A stretch of 63,942 nucleotides of DNA, counting the filler. It is 7 parts of 7 records of this genome, joined end to end, with 100 filler letters (N's around TTAATTAATTAA, not from the genome) between each part and the next. Parts side by side here need not be neighbours in the genome. Positions count along the whole stretch, not along the records: positions 31,779 to 52,029 come from SRR2962707_4576; 6 more parts are not named here. One strand, 5' to 3'. Shown here piece after piece: positions 33,250 through 41,290 of this stretch. The translations under genes and the position numbers were made by a program. Numbering within the stretch: the first letter of the stretch is position 1; the number at the start of each line of letters is the position of its first letter. A model generated the notes under the pieces. It had not been told where the DNA came from. It saw nothing but the letters and a program-made list of their open reading frames with translations, and did no database searches.

Positions 33250-34791
33250 CTACCTCGGTGAAGCCTGCTCGAACATCCAGTCGGTGGAATTCCACCGAAT
33301 CTGTCCACGGCTGGAAATGCCTACCCGGATGGAGGCCGCAAACCCTAAGCCGGAGACCGACTGCCAATCCTTCTGAATCGTTACCCCGGCCCCCCAGGAC
33401 GCTACGTCCCAATCTTCCTCGTCCCAGGCGGCCCCCTCGTCCTGCGTGAAGGTCGGAACCGCCGATGGTGTGCGGTCCTCAAAGTCCATGTTCGCTTCAA
33501 CCGCGATATTGGCCGAGCCGATGGTTTCCAGAATGAGTCGGGTGCTTTTCAGAGCCTTCCGGGAACCTCTGCGGCCCAGATACGAAAAGGCCGTCTTGGC
33601 CACGGCGTCGATGGCCTCTCCGTTATCTTCTTCGCCCGTGTCGGCCTGGAACACGGCGTCCGTGCCGCCGAAATACAGCGCGTTATTGAAGATTTCCCAG
33701 CAATAGCCGTTCATGCCGGTAAAGCGGCACCACTTCCGTGTCGTGGTGTTCATCACGTATTGATGCGCCGTCGTGCCCTCGACGATGGGTATATTGACGA
33801 TAGCCATATCACCTGCCGGGTAGACAATCGGCTGCCACCCGAACTTGGCGCGGTGATTTCTTACGGAGTCCGAATAAGCGCCGTTGATCTTGTCCGATAC
33901 GGCGACTTCGTTGGAGTCGACCACAGAGACCGCCCGGGCCATGGGGATAACCCCGTCTTCCGTCAGGATGAGAAGATCACCGCCCCAATCGACCATGCAG
34001 CGCCGCCCGATAGGAGCGCCAACAAAGAAAACGCCTACCAAGGACCACGCCGTAGCGTCTCCAGGGTCGGTCCCCTGAAATACAATTGCCTCGCCCTCGG
34101 AGGTGACGAATACGGCGAAATCGTCGATACCGTCGCCACCGTCGCGGGTCCAGGATCCCATCGCCATGAGATGGCCGCCACGCTGCGCCAACGCGTCCAA
34201 CCGGAACCGGGCGATTGCCCCTGAAATAGTCTCGACCGGGAAATACCAAAACGACAGCGTGTCCTTTTCGATAAAGAACAGGCGCTGCTTAAAGGCGTTC
34301 ACATGAATTAGGTCCGACGCGGTAAGTCCGGTCGCGGTAATGCTCGGTGTGGTCCAGGTCGAACCGTCGTAATATCTCGGCGCATCGGCCCCATTCACGA
34401 TATAAAGGAAGTTTCCGGCACTGTTGCCGAACATCGTGTGCTGCCAACGATCGCTCGTAAGGCTTGAGATATCTGCAGAGCCCACTGCCCCGGAATTGGT
34501 GGTCTCGAATACATCCGCACCGACCGCTGCAAAGAGTTTTTGGCTTGCCGGGCCTCGGTACGCCATCAGGCTTTCTATTGCGCCGGACATCCCCGTTGCA
34601 TGGGAAGCATGACCGTTGCGAACGCTGACCCAAGATTCCTCGGGAAAGATGTTGTCGAGGATAACGGCTTCGTCGTCCCGAAGGTCCGTAATGGAATCCT
34701 TGGCGTTCCAACCCCCGACCGGAGCAGGTGTGGATGTGGAACTGAATCGCGCCCTTGCAATCCGCCGCCGGCCCTTTTGCGCCCTGATCAT
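33250..34791 (-). CDS. Tail nozzle / tail tubular protein B-like
   Basis: PAPVGGWNA, LDNIFP, beta-propeller-like body, FKQRLFF, W..DGGDG.DD, QYVMNT.T..WC.FTG. Confidence 0.75.
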   Translation of the reverse strand: MIRAQKGRRRIARARFSSTSTPAPVGGWNAKDSITDLRDDEAVILDNIFPEESWVSVRNGHASHATGMSGAIESLMAYRGPASQKLFAAVGADVFETTNSGAVGSADISSLTSDRWQHTMFGNSAGNFLYIVNGADAPRYYDGSTWTTPSITATGLTASDLIHVNAFKQRLFFIEKDTLSFWYFPVETISGAIARFRLDALAQRGGHLMAMGSWTRDGGDGIDDFAVFVTSEGEAIVFQGTDPGDATAWSLVGVFFVGAPIGRRCMVDWGGDLLILTEDGVIPMARAVSVVDSNEVAVSDKINGAYSDSVRNHRAKFGWQPIVYPAGDMAIVNIPIVEGTTAHQYVMNTTTRKWCRFTGMNGYCWEIFNNALYFGGTDAVFQADTGEEDNGEAIDAVAKTAFSYLGRRGSRKALKSTRLILETIGSANIAVEANMDFEDRTPSAVPTFTQDEGAAWDEEDWDVASWGAGVTIQKDWQSVSGLGFAASIRVGISSRGQIRWNSTDWMFEQASPR

Positions 34792-35552
34792 TCGCTGTCG
34801 GATTCCTGACCGAGACGGATAGCCAGTGCGTTACGGCCTTCTTCGATGTCCCGGAGACGCTGCGCCTCCCGTGCCGCGGCGTTTCTGCGCTCGACCTCTT
34901 CCGGTCCGAGCTTCTTGCGGAATGCGGCGTTCTTCTTGCTCTGTTTTGCGGATTCGGTGAGCCCAAAAATAAATGGGATGGCGAACAATGCGAGAGGTAA
35001 GGCCGCAGCCCCTAACCCAGCAGCCGCACCGCCGCCGCCTGCGGCTCCGCTACCGCCACCAAACAGTCCGCCGAACAAACCACCGCCCCCGGCAGCGCCT
35101 GCGCCAGAACCCGCCCCAGCGCCGATAAAGGTGCCGCTGGCACCTCCTGCGGCGGGCGTGGCGAAGGAACTTCCTGCCAATGCAGCGTCCGCGGTCAAGG
35201 CGGTAGAGGCACCGGAACCCGCCCCAATGAAAGTTCCAGAGGCGGGACCGGCAACCGGCGTTGCAAATGAACTGCCGGCCAATGCGGAGTCGGCGGTTAA
35301 GCCCCCGGCAGCGCCGCCGCCCTGAAACTGCTTCGCAATGTTTAAGCCGTCACTGAGACTAAATCCGTTTTGGTTCTGGCCCTGCCTGTCGGGCTCGTTA
35401 TTGAATGCATCCAACAGGGCAAGCGTGTCTTGAGTTCTCGGAAAAGTGCCCTGCTGGTCGAAGCGGTTGCGGTTGCGCAGAGCTTCTGTCAGGTCGTCCT
35501 CTCTTACCGTCCGCGCTTCCGAAGGCGACCGCCGCCGCGATAAGGATGGCAT
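34788..35552 (-). CDS. Gly/Ala-rich phage protein with internal duplication and a hydrophobic segment
   Basis: Translationally coupled to both neighbours; two copies of LTAD.ALAGSSFATP.AG.ASGTFIGAG. Confidence 0.7.
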   Translation of the reverse strand: MPSLSRRRSPSEARTVREDDLTEALRNRNRFDQQGTFPRTQDTLALLDAFNNEPDRQGQNQNGFSLSDGLNIAKQFQGGGAAGGLTADSALAGSSFATPVAGPASGTFIGAGSGASTALTADAALAGSSFATPAAGGASGTFIGAGAGSGAGAAGGGGLFGGLFGGGSGAAGGGGAAAGLGAAALPLALFAIPFIFGLTESAKQSKKNAAFRKKLGPEEVERRNAAAREAQRLRDIEEGRNALAIRLGQESDSE

Positions 35553-36277
35553 TACGAGCCAATCCCCGTTTCGGGCAAGTTGTCCTCGTCGAGAAGCCTG
35601 AGACTGGACCGGTGAACGAGATTCAGGGCCGGAGACGGGCGGTCCTGCCCCTTCTCCCTATCGAACATTAATTGCAGTTCATCGGCCTCGGAGGCGAAGT
35701 CCAAGCCGTTCTGGCGCTTGTACCGAACGACGGTATCCAGGATCAGAAGGTCGCTGTTGAGAATTGCAACGTCGGTATCCGCAGCCCAAGCTGTCTGCCC
35801 AGCATCCCCCGAATCCGCACACCACTGATCCGAGATATATTCGAAGACCAGAGTTTCAGCCGAAGACGGGACAGGGTGTATGAACACCGACCGGCCTGTC
35901 CCGGTAGACGCCCTCTGGATGCGGAAATACGTCGTCACCACGCCTTCCCCGAAGACACCGGACTTGAAGGACTGCCATTGCTGCGGATTGACCGGGCCGG
36001 ACATGGGACGATTGGTTGACCGGTTCCATTCCGTCTCGCCCAGCAGCCGGGAGTAGTCTGACGGCAAGGAATACTCTTCGGTTCCGTTAACGGTGGTGAT
36101 GGTGTGAAGCTTCTGCAGAACCGTCCAATCGGCTTCCTTCGCCAACTGCCTGCCGCCCCTGTTCGATAGGGCAAGCAAGCGGCGCACGTCCTCGTCAAGG
36201 TTATTGATGACGGTATCCGGGCGGCGCACACCGGTTTCGTCGGCGGCGTCCTGGATGATCTGCAGGAGCGTTGTCAT
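35552..36277 (-). CDS. Head-tail adaptor / tail tubular protein A-like
   Basis: MTTLLQIIQDA, Y.LPSDY, GPVNPQQW, IHPVP, FEYIS. Confidence 0.75.
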   Translation of the reverse strand: MTTLLQIIQDAADETGVRRPDTVINNLDEDVRRLLALSNRGGRQLAKEADWTVLQKLHTITTVNGTEEYSLPSDYSRLLGETEWNRSTNRPMSGPVNPQQWQSFKSGVFGEGVVTTYFRIQRASTGTGRSVFIHPVPSSAETLVFEYISDQWCADSGDAGQTAWAADTDVAILNSDLLILDTVVRYKRQNGLDFASEADELQLMFDREKGQDRPSPALNLVHRSSLRLLDEDNLPETGIGS

Positions 36278-36279
36278 AC

Positions 36280-36507
36280 TTAGGCCGTGATGATGGCTAC
36301 AACGTCGGTCGCGAGGTTTGCCGACAGCCCAAGGGCCATCAGACGGTCAACGCTCGCTTCGTCGGCCTCGATGGCCTTCGCCATCTCGACCGGGGCGCCA
36401 AGGCGCATAAGTTCCTCGGTGTAGCCAGCGCCCGAACCGTCAGCGACAACGGCTTTAGCCAATTCCGCCGACATGCCGAACGCCATAAGGCTATTTACGT
36501 CTGCCAT
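36280..36507 (-). CDS. Small protein of three LMxxG helical repeats
   Basis: AAGGA RBS; LMAFGMSAELAKAV / LMRLGAPVEMAKAI / LMALGLSANLATDV. Confidence 0.7.
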   Translation of the reverse strand: MADVNSLMAFGMSAELAKAVVADGSGAGYTEELMRLGAPVEMAKAIEADEASVDRLMALGLSANLATDVVAIITA

Positions 36508-36535
36508 TTACGTTTCCTTGTGGTAAAATGAAAAG

Positions 36536-36793
36536 ATGGAAAACTTGCCGAGCAAGGGCGACATCGTTACGTGCCTCCAAGGGCACCAGATTTATGAAAT
36601 CGCCCGCGATATCCCGGAAAAAGCCGTAGTCAAAGCTGAAGATTTCCGCCCAATTGCCGGTGCGCCAAAGCCCAAAAACGGCAGCAAGATTGGCAACTGT
36701 CATATTTGCGGATCACACTTCTTCCGCCACAAAAGCGGAATGCTGCAGTTCCACTTCACCGAAGGCTGGAAGCCAACTAATCAGCCTTCTTAG
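36536..36793 (+). CDS. Small Cys/His-containing protein, antisense to the structural operon
   Basis: Fills the gap between two minus-strand genes; CLQGH and CHICG motifs; extended -10 directly upstream. Confidence 0.65.
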   Translation: MENLPSKGDIVTCLQGHQIYEIARDIPEKAVVKAEDFRPIAGAPKPKNGSKIGNCHICGSHFFRHKSGMLQFHFTEGWKPTNQPS

Positions 36794-37487
36794 TCCGCCC
36801 GGGTTTGCGCTTCCCGGCGGGTTCTGTAGTGGGTTCTGCCGCAGGTGCGGCCTCGACCGGCTTCGCGGCCATCTGCGCGCGGAGCTCCGCTAACTGCGCT
36901 TCCAAGCCCAAACGTTGCTGGGCTTCGGCCTCCAGCCGGTCTTCAAGCTGCCGCTGCCCTTCCAGAAGCAACTCCTTTTCGTGCTCCTGCTTGGCTAAGG
37001 CATCCGAATCCTTCTTGGAATCGAGCCATTTGATTGCGTTGTTCTTGGTGGTCCTGCCCATCGGGATCTGATGCAAGTTGGCGTCCGGGCATTCGCTCAG
37101 TTGCTCGACCGTGAAGATGTTCAGGGACTTCAAATGAGCGATCACCGCGGGCGTCATGTAGGGCCACATCTCAAGCGGCGTGCCGACGGACGAAACCTCC
37201 ATCCCGGCCTTCCAAGCTTGATAATGCTCCCGGTATTTCATCCGCAGTTCATCCGTCACCTTATGACGCGGGGAAGCCTTCGGGTCGCCCGGCGTCAGGA
37301 TGGTGACGTATTCAACGTTCTCGAATGCACCGTCAGGCAGTCGCCGCGGCACGATCTCGAATTGAGGCACGCCGTAGGACGGACGGACGTTGTTTTGCTG
37401 AAAAGTCGGCTGGGGAACACCTTGCTCCGCCGGTCCTTCCGGCAAGGGTGGGATGCCCTCAGTGGTCATATACGCAAAATCGTTCAT
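36777..37487 (-). CDS. Hypothetical phage protein (helix-hairpin-helix-like plus coiled coil)
   Basis: GTPLEMWP...LKSLNIFTVEQL; GAAGGA RBS; basic tail. Confidence 0.8.
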   Translation of the reverse strand: MNDFAYMTTEGIPPLPEGPAEQGVPQPTFQQNNVRPSYGVPQFEIVPRRLPDGAFENVEYVTILTPGDPKASPRHKVTDELRMKYREHYQAWKAGMEVSSVGTPLEMWPYMTPAVIAHLKSLNIFTVEQLSECPDANLHQIPMGRTTKNNAIKWLDSKKDSDALAKQEHEKELLLEGQRQLEDRLEAEAQQRLGLEAQLAELRAQMAAKPVEAAPAAEPTTEPAGKRKPGRTKKAD

Positions 37488-37505
37488 GTCTGTTCCTTCA
37501 AATGG

Positions 37506-37527
37506 AAAACGGGGGCCGAAGCCCCCG
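37506..37527 (-). terminator. Intrinsic terminator after the capsid/decoration genes
   Basis: Minus strand CGGGGGC-TTCG-GCCCCCG-TTTT. Confidence 0.85.
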
Positions 37528-37551
37528 CTATCCGGTTAAGTGCCGTCAGGA

Positions 37552-38037
37552 CTAGGCAGCAAGTGCGTCATCCATAAACGGGCGCGAGATTTCGAAGTCC
37601 GCCACGCCGCCGGATACTGCCGACGCGCCCTTGGCGTTCTTCACGCGGTCGCCTGCCACAATGGCGTCGTCCACGCTTCCCGCAGTAGCGGTCGCATAGA
37701 CGTTGGCGTTATCGACGAAACCGGCCAGGGCCAGCCCAACCGCCTTGCCGCTGATCTGGTACCAGCCGTACTGGCTGGCAACATTCGCGGACATGGCGAC
37801 CGCAACAGGGCCGATGGCGTTCGCCGCAAGCAACGCGGTGGAACCATCATCCATGTTGTAGGTCACCCATTCGCCGATCGCCGTGGACGCTAGGCCCAGG
37901 AGATAGATGAACTCACCGCTGCCCCGGTCCTCGTCCACCGCACGAACGATGGTGCCGAGAGGATGACGCTGAGTGGTCGAAGTGGCATTGATAGCTTGAT
38001 GGCCAATCATGCCTTCGGTCTGTACTTTCCAAGTCAT
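37552..38037 (-). CDS. Probable capsid decoration/cement protein
   Basis: Immediately after the capsid gene; G/A/V-rich beta composition, EFIY, YGWYQISG. Confidence 0.65.
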   Translation of the reverse strand: MTWKVQTEGMIGHQAINATSTTQRHPLGTIVRAVDEDRGSGEFIYLLGLASTAIGEWVTYNMDDGSTALLAANAIGPVAVAMSANVASQYGWYQISGKAVGLALAGFVDNANVYATATAGSVDDAIVAGDRVKNAKGASAVSGGVADFEISRPFMDDALAA

Positions 38038-38055
38038 GTGCTGGTTTCCTTTCGC

Positions 38056-38828
38056 TTAGGCTACGATCGCGCCCTGGAACTTCCGTCCCGAGACAGTCAT
38101 GTTGCCGGCCCATGCAATCAGTTTGACCAGCGCGTCCTGGTTGGTTGCGTACCGGTCAGGATTGAGCGGCACCATGTTCCGCTGCGAATGCGGGCGATAG
38201 TGCAGGAACTCAGTGTTCAGGAAGTACATGTGCGCGGCCGGCACCGAGCCGTTCAACCCGCCGTCGGGAACCACATCGGCATTCTTGAACTTCAGGTTTT
38301 CAAAGCCGGCGGATGCAAGCTTCTCATTCGTGAAGCGCTGATTTGCCTGCAGCGATTCCTGATAGAAGTTGAAATAGGTGTTGTCGGCCACGATGAGGTC
38401 CGGCTGATTCCGATTGCGCGAGCAATCGAGATGCAACTGGTTCATCGCCGTCTGGATGGTCGATGCCCCCGCCGTCAACGCATTGGCGGAAAAGTCGTAG
38501 ACTTGATTCTGCCAGAACGTATAGGTGGACGAATCGATACCGCCTACGGTGCCGGTGCCCGCATCCGATACGAGCAATTGAAGCCCGCCGACCTGCTTGC
38601 CGCCGGTGCCGGTGCCGTCCGAATAGATGCCGTCCGAAAGGTTGTTGACCATCTCGGACTCGCCCGCCTCGATGCGGGATGCCATCAGGTCGATAACCTG
38701 CTCGCGGCCGGCGTTCTGCAACATCTCCAGCCCGTTCATGCTGATAGCAACCGCCGCCTGCTTGATGTTGAACTCGGCGGACGTCAGCATGTCGTCTTGG
38801 CTGATATTGATGTTGTCGTAACCGCTGT
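38056..38828 (-). CDS. Major capsid protein, exon 2
   Basis: (Y)SGYDNINIS...GLEMLQNAG.EQVIDL...IYSDGTG.GGKQVGGL...AGFENLKF...MYFLNT...NQDA..KLIAWAGN. No credible start of its own; joins exon 1 in frame. Confidence 0.92.
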
Positions 38829-39849
38829 CACTTTTGTTATCGCGACGGCTCTTTATCCATCGCTTCTGCATGTCACCATGCAGGTCGGACTATATCTTCA
38901 CCCCCGCTTGAGGGTGCCGGGCGCTCGTGGGCGGGTTATCGTTTCCTCACCGCCTAGTCTCTACACCTTCCGCGCCCCTGGGGCCTCTCGGCCTTACGTG
39001 CGCGGCTTGGCTCGGGATTGACTGTATAAATGGAACTTTCCATGATACAGTGTTCCCCCGAATTCACCCAGTTTGTCTGGACTTAGCATGAAAACTTCCA
39101 ATGTGACTTGTCCACAATGTGGCAAAGACTTTTATCGGAAACCTTCGTATCTAAAAAAGGTCAACGTCGCTTTCTGTTCCGGTCGCTGTTACGGGGATGC
39201 CTTAAAGTCAGGCGCGTTCCCGCGAGAGATGCCAAAGCGCCCCAAAACGGGGCAAATGCTTTCCTGTGTCGTCTGTGGACAAGAGTTTTACCGCTCCGGC
39301 AGCTATATCGCCCGCGGCGTAAAGCAAACCTGCGGGGCTTCCGAGTGCAAAAGCGAGTATTTCTCCGGCGCCAACAATGCCTTCTGGGGCAAGAACCATT
39401 CCGACGAAACTAAGGCGAAGATATCTAAAGATCGCCGCGCAAAGCCCCGAAAGAAGCCGGGGCCGCCGAAGGGCTATAAACACACACCAGAAGCTCGCGC
39501 CAAGATATCGACCGCACTGCGCAGACGGTGGCTTGAAAGCCGAGACAAGATGCTCGAAGCCGTCCGTAAGGGCGGAGCCTCAAAACGGGGAATAAGTGAA
39601 GAGCCGCGTTACCGCAGCAATTTCACCCCCCTTCAAAGGCGCGAGTGGAAAGACAAGGAATGCGCATGGTGCGGAACAACCGAAGAGTTGACCCTAGACC
39701 ACATCATTCCCGTTATGGACGGCGGCTCGAAAAAGAGAACCAACGCCCAAACCTTGTGCATCTCCTGTAATAGGTGGAAACTTATTTACGTTGACCGGCC
39801 CCGCTACCTAGCGGGGCGTGCTGAGTCCTCAGTACCTATGCGGCATTCA
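38829..39849 (-). mobile_element. Group I self-splicing intron (1021 nt) in the major capsid gene
   Basis: P1 CAGUACU/GGUACUG with a U.G at the splice site; P2 GGACUCAGCA/UGCUAAGUCC; P3 CUGGGUG/CGCCCGG; P4 UUCGGG/CCCGAG; P5; P6a CCGCGC/GCGCGG; R GUGUAGAGACUA; P7.1; P8 CACCCUC/GGGGGUG; S AAGAUAUAGUCC; P9 with a GUGA loop; P9.1; P9.0; terminal G at 38829. Confidence 0.93.
39018..39046 (+). promoter_or_regulatory. Putative sigma70 promoter for the antisense endonuclease, embedded in intron P5
   Basis: TTGACT (39018-23), 17 nt, CATGAT (39041-46); about 40 nt upstream of ATG 39088. Confidence 0.6.
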
Positions 39850-39876
39850 AGTACTGGAAGTTCCCCGGGCCGCTGA
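39088..39876 (+). CDS. Intron-encoded HNH homing endonuclease with two zinc-finger modules and NUMOD3 motifs (antisense to the intron)
   Basis: CPQCGKDFY..FCSGRC, CVVCGQEFY..TCGASEC; NAFWGKNHSDETKAKIS and GYKHTPEARAKIS; CAWCG....LTLDHIIPVMDGG....NAQTLCISCN. Confidence 0.9.
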   Translation: MKTSNVTCPQCGKDFYRKPSYLKKVNVAFCSGRCYGDALKSGAFPREMPKRPKTGQMLSCVVCGQEFYRSGSYIARGVKQTCGASECKSEYFSGANNAFWGKNHSDETKAKISKDRRAKPRKKPGPPKGYKHTPEARAKISTALRRRWLESRDKMLEAVRKGGASKRGISEEPRYRSNFTPLQRREWKDKECAWCGTTEELTLDHIIPVMDGGSKKRTNAQTLCISCNRWKLIYVDRPRYLAGRAESSVPMRHSSTGSSPGR

Positions 39877-40048
39877 AGGTGATTTCCTCAACGATCGTCC
39901 GTCCGCCGGAGAAAGGACGCGAACGTCCGCGTTCCCGGAGCCGGAACAAAAGTGCGGTGTTGTTGGTCAGGTTGTCTGCCAACTGGCCACTACGATTCCG
40001 AAGAGTCGTGGTGACAATATCGTCAAAGTTTGAGTTAGGAGTGACCAT
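39850..40048 (-). CDS. Major capsid protein, exon 1
   Basis: MVTPNSNFDDIVTTTLRNRSGQLADNLTNNTALL.RL..RG..RPFSGGRTIVEE...GNFQY. 199 nt + 773 nt = 972 nt, i.e. 323 aa. Confidence 0.92.
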
Positions 40049-40061
40049 GTTAAGCCCTCGG

Positions 40062-41279
40062 TTAGATTACGGGAGTGCCCTCCGCTTCGCTGAAAGCGGC
40101 GGAAAGCTGGTCGCGTAAATCGTTTCCAACGGGCTGAGGTTCCGTCTTCGCAGCGGGCGTTCCCGATACGGACGAACCTGCCTTCTTGGCGGCATCTGCT
40201 TTTTCCTTCTGATCGCGCGCATTTTTTCGCTCGGCCGCCGCCTTGTTTGCGGCCTCGATTTTTGCGCGGACTTCCGGGTTGGCATGGGTTGCCATGTCAT
40301 ACGCGGTTTGGAGTGTCAGACTCTCGTCTGATTTCATAAGCGCGCCCATCAGCGGGCGGACTTGCTGAAAATATGGATGGGCAAGCTTGCCTTCATCCGT
40401 TGTCTCGGCAGCGAAAGCCGTGATTTGCTCGTCAATCTGGCTTGCGCTGGTTTGCTGTTCCTGCTGCTGGCGAACTTGAAAGTTCGTCGCAAGCTGGGTG
40501 TTTTGCTCCTTGAGCGCCTGAATCTCTGACTGCAGCCCAGCGGTCATTTTCTGGAACTGCTGGACCAACGGATCGTCGGCGAATTCTTCCGGGATGATCG
40601 GTTCTGCTGCTTGGGGAATAAGCGAGGCGATGTCTATCCCGCGCTGCTGCGCGAAGTACTGGATGAATTCGACGGGCTTTTCGGTTGCGAAGTCCGACAA
40701 GGCCAGCAATTGGCGTACTGCAGTAACCTCGTCCATGCCATTACGCAGCCATTCGGCGCGACGGGGTTCAATCGCCTCGTCAAAGGCTTTCAGGCGGCTG
40801 ACGGTCTTTTCCGCTTCCTGCTGGGCGGTGGTGAACTGCTCGGATTCTTCCAGAACAATCTTTTGTGCCTCAACCGGGAGAGCGCGGAACGCCTCTTGCT
40901 TCTCCAGCGTCCATTCAGGGCGCGGGTCCAGCGGTTCCGGTTCGGCCGGTGTCGCTTCTGTTGCCTCCGGCTCCGCCGCCGGCTCGCCTTCCGGGGCCGC
41001 CTCAACGGTTTCCTCGGGCTTGCCGTCCTTGGCAACGAATCGCCCCTTCTCGTCCCGCTCGCGGCCTTCCTTGCCTTCGGGCTCGGCCTCCTGGGTTTCG
41101 CTGGATTCTTCGCCTTGAACACTCTCCGGCTGCTCTGCCGGCGCTTCCGCTTCTGCTTCCGGGGCCTCTGCGGCCTCCATTGCTTCGCGGACGGAATCGG
41201 CCACGCTCTCCGGGCCGGGATCAGCCGCTACGACTTCCTCCAGCTCCCCAAGAGTAGGGCCTTCTTCTCGTTCTGCCAT
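40062..41279 (-). CDS. Capsid scaffolding protein
   Basis: Acidic E/A/P-rich N-terminus with RDEKGRF, coiled coil, AYDMA..ANPEVR; directly upstream of the capsid gene. Confidence 0.8.
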   Translation of the reverse strand: MAEREEGPTLGELEEVVAADPGPESVADSVREAMEAAEAPEAEAEAPAEQPESVQGEESSETQEAEPEGKEGRERDEKGRFVAKDGKPEETVEAAPEGEPAAEPEATEATPAEPEPLDPRPEWTLEKQEAFRALPVEAQKIVLEESEQFTTAQQEAEKTVSRLKAFDEAIEPRRAEWLRNGMDEVTAVRQLLALSDFATEKPVEFIQYFAQQRGIDIASLIPQAAEPIIPEEFADDPLVQQFQKMTAGLQSEIQALKEQNTQLATNFQVRQQQEQQTSASQIDEQITAFAAETTDEGKLAHPYFQQVRPLMGALMKSDESLTLQTAYDMATHANPEVRAKIEAANKAAAERKNARDQKEKADAAKKAGSSVSGTPAAKTEPQPVGNDLRDQLSAAFSEAEGTPVI

Positions 41280-41290
41280 GTATCACCCAT

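Noticed and set aside
38829-38871. ATG-started 271-aa 'capsid' beginning MQKRWIKSRRDNKSD
   Set aside because: These first 14-15 codons are intron P9/P9.1 sequence; the true N-terminus is exon 1.
39798-39817. Intrinsic terminator
   Set aside because: Strong stem but no U-tract on either strand, and it lies within the ORF; kept only as an L2 sub-hairpin.
38829-39849. Capsid pseudogene, intein, IS element or free-standing HNH insertion
   Set aside because: The insert has an in-frame stop and no intein motifs, transposase or terminal repeats. It has a complete group I fold, and precise removal restores the frame.
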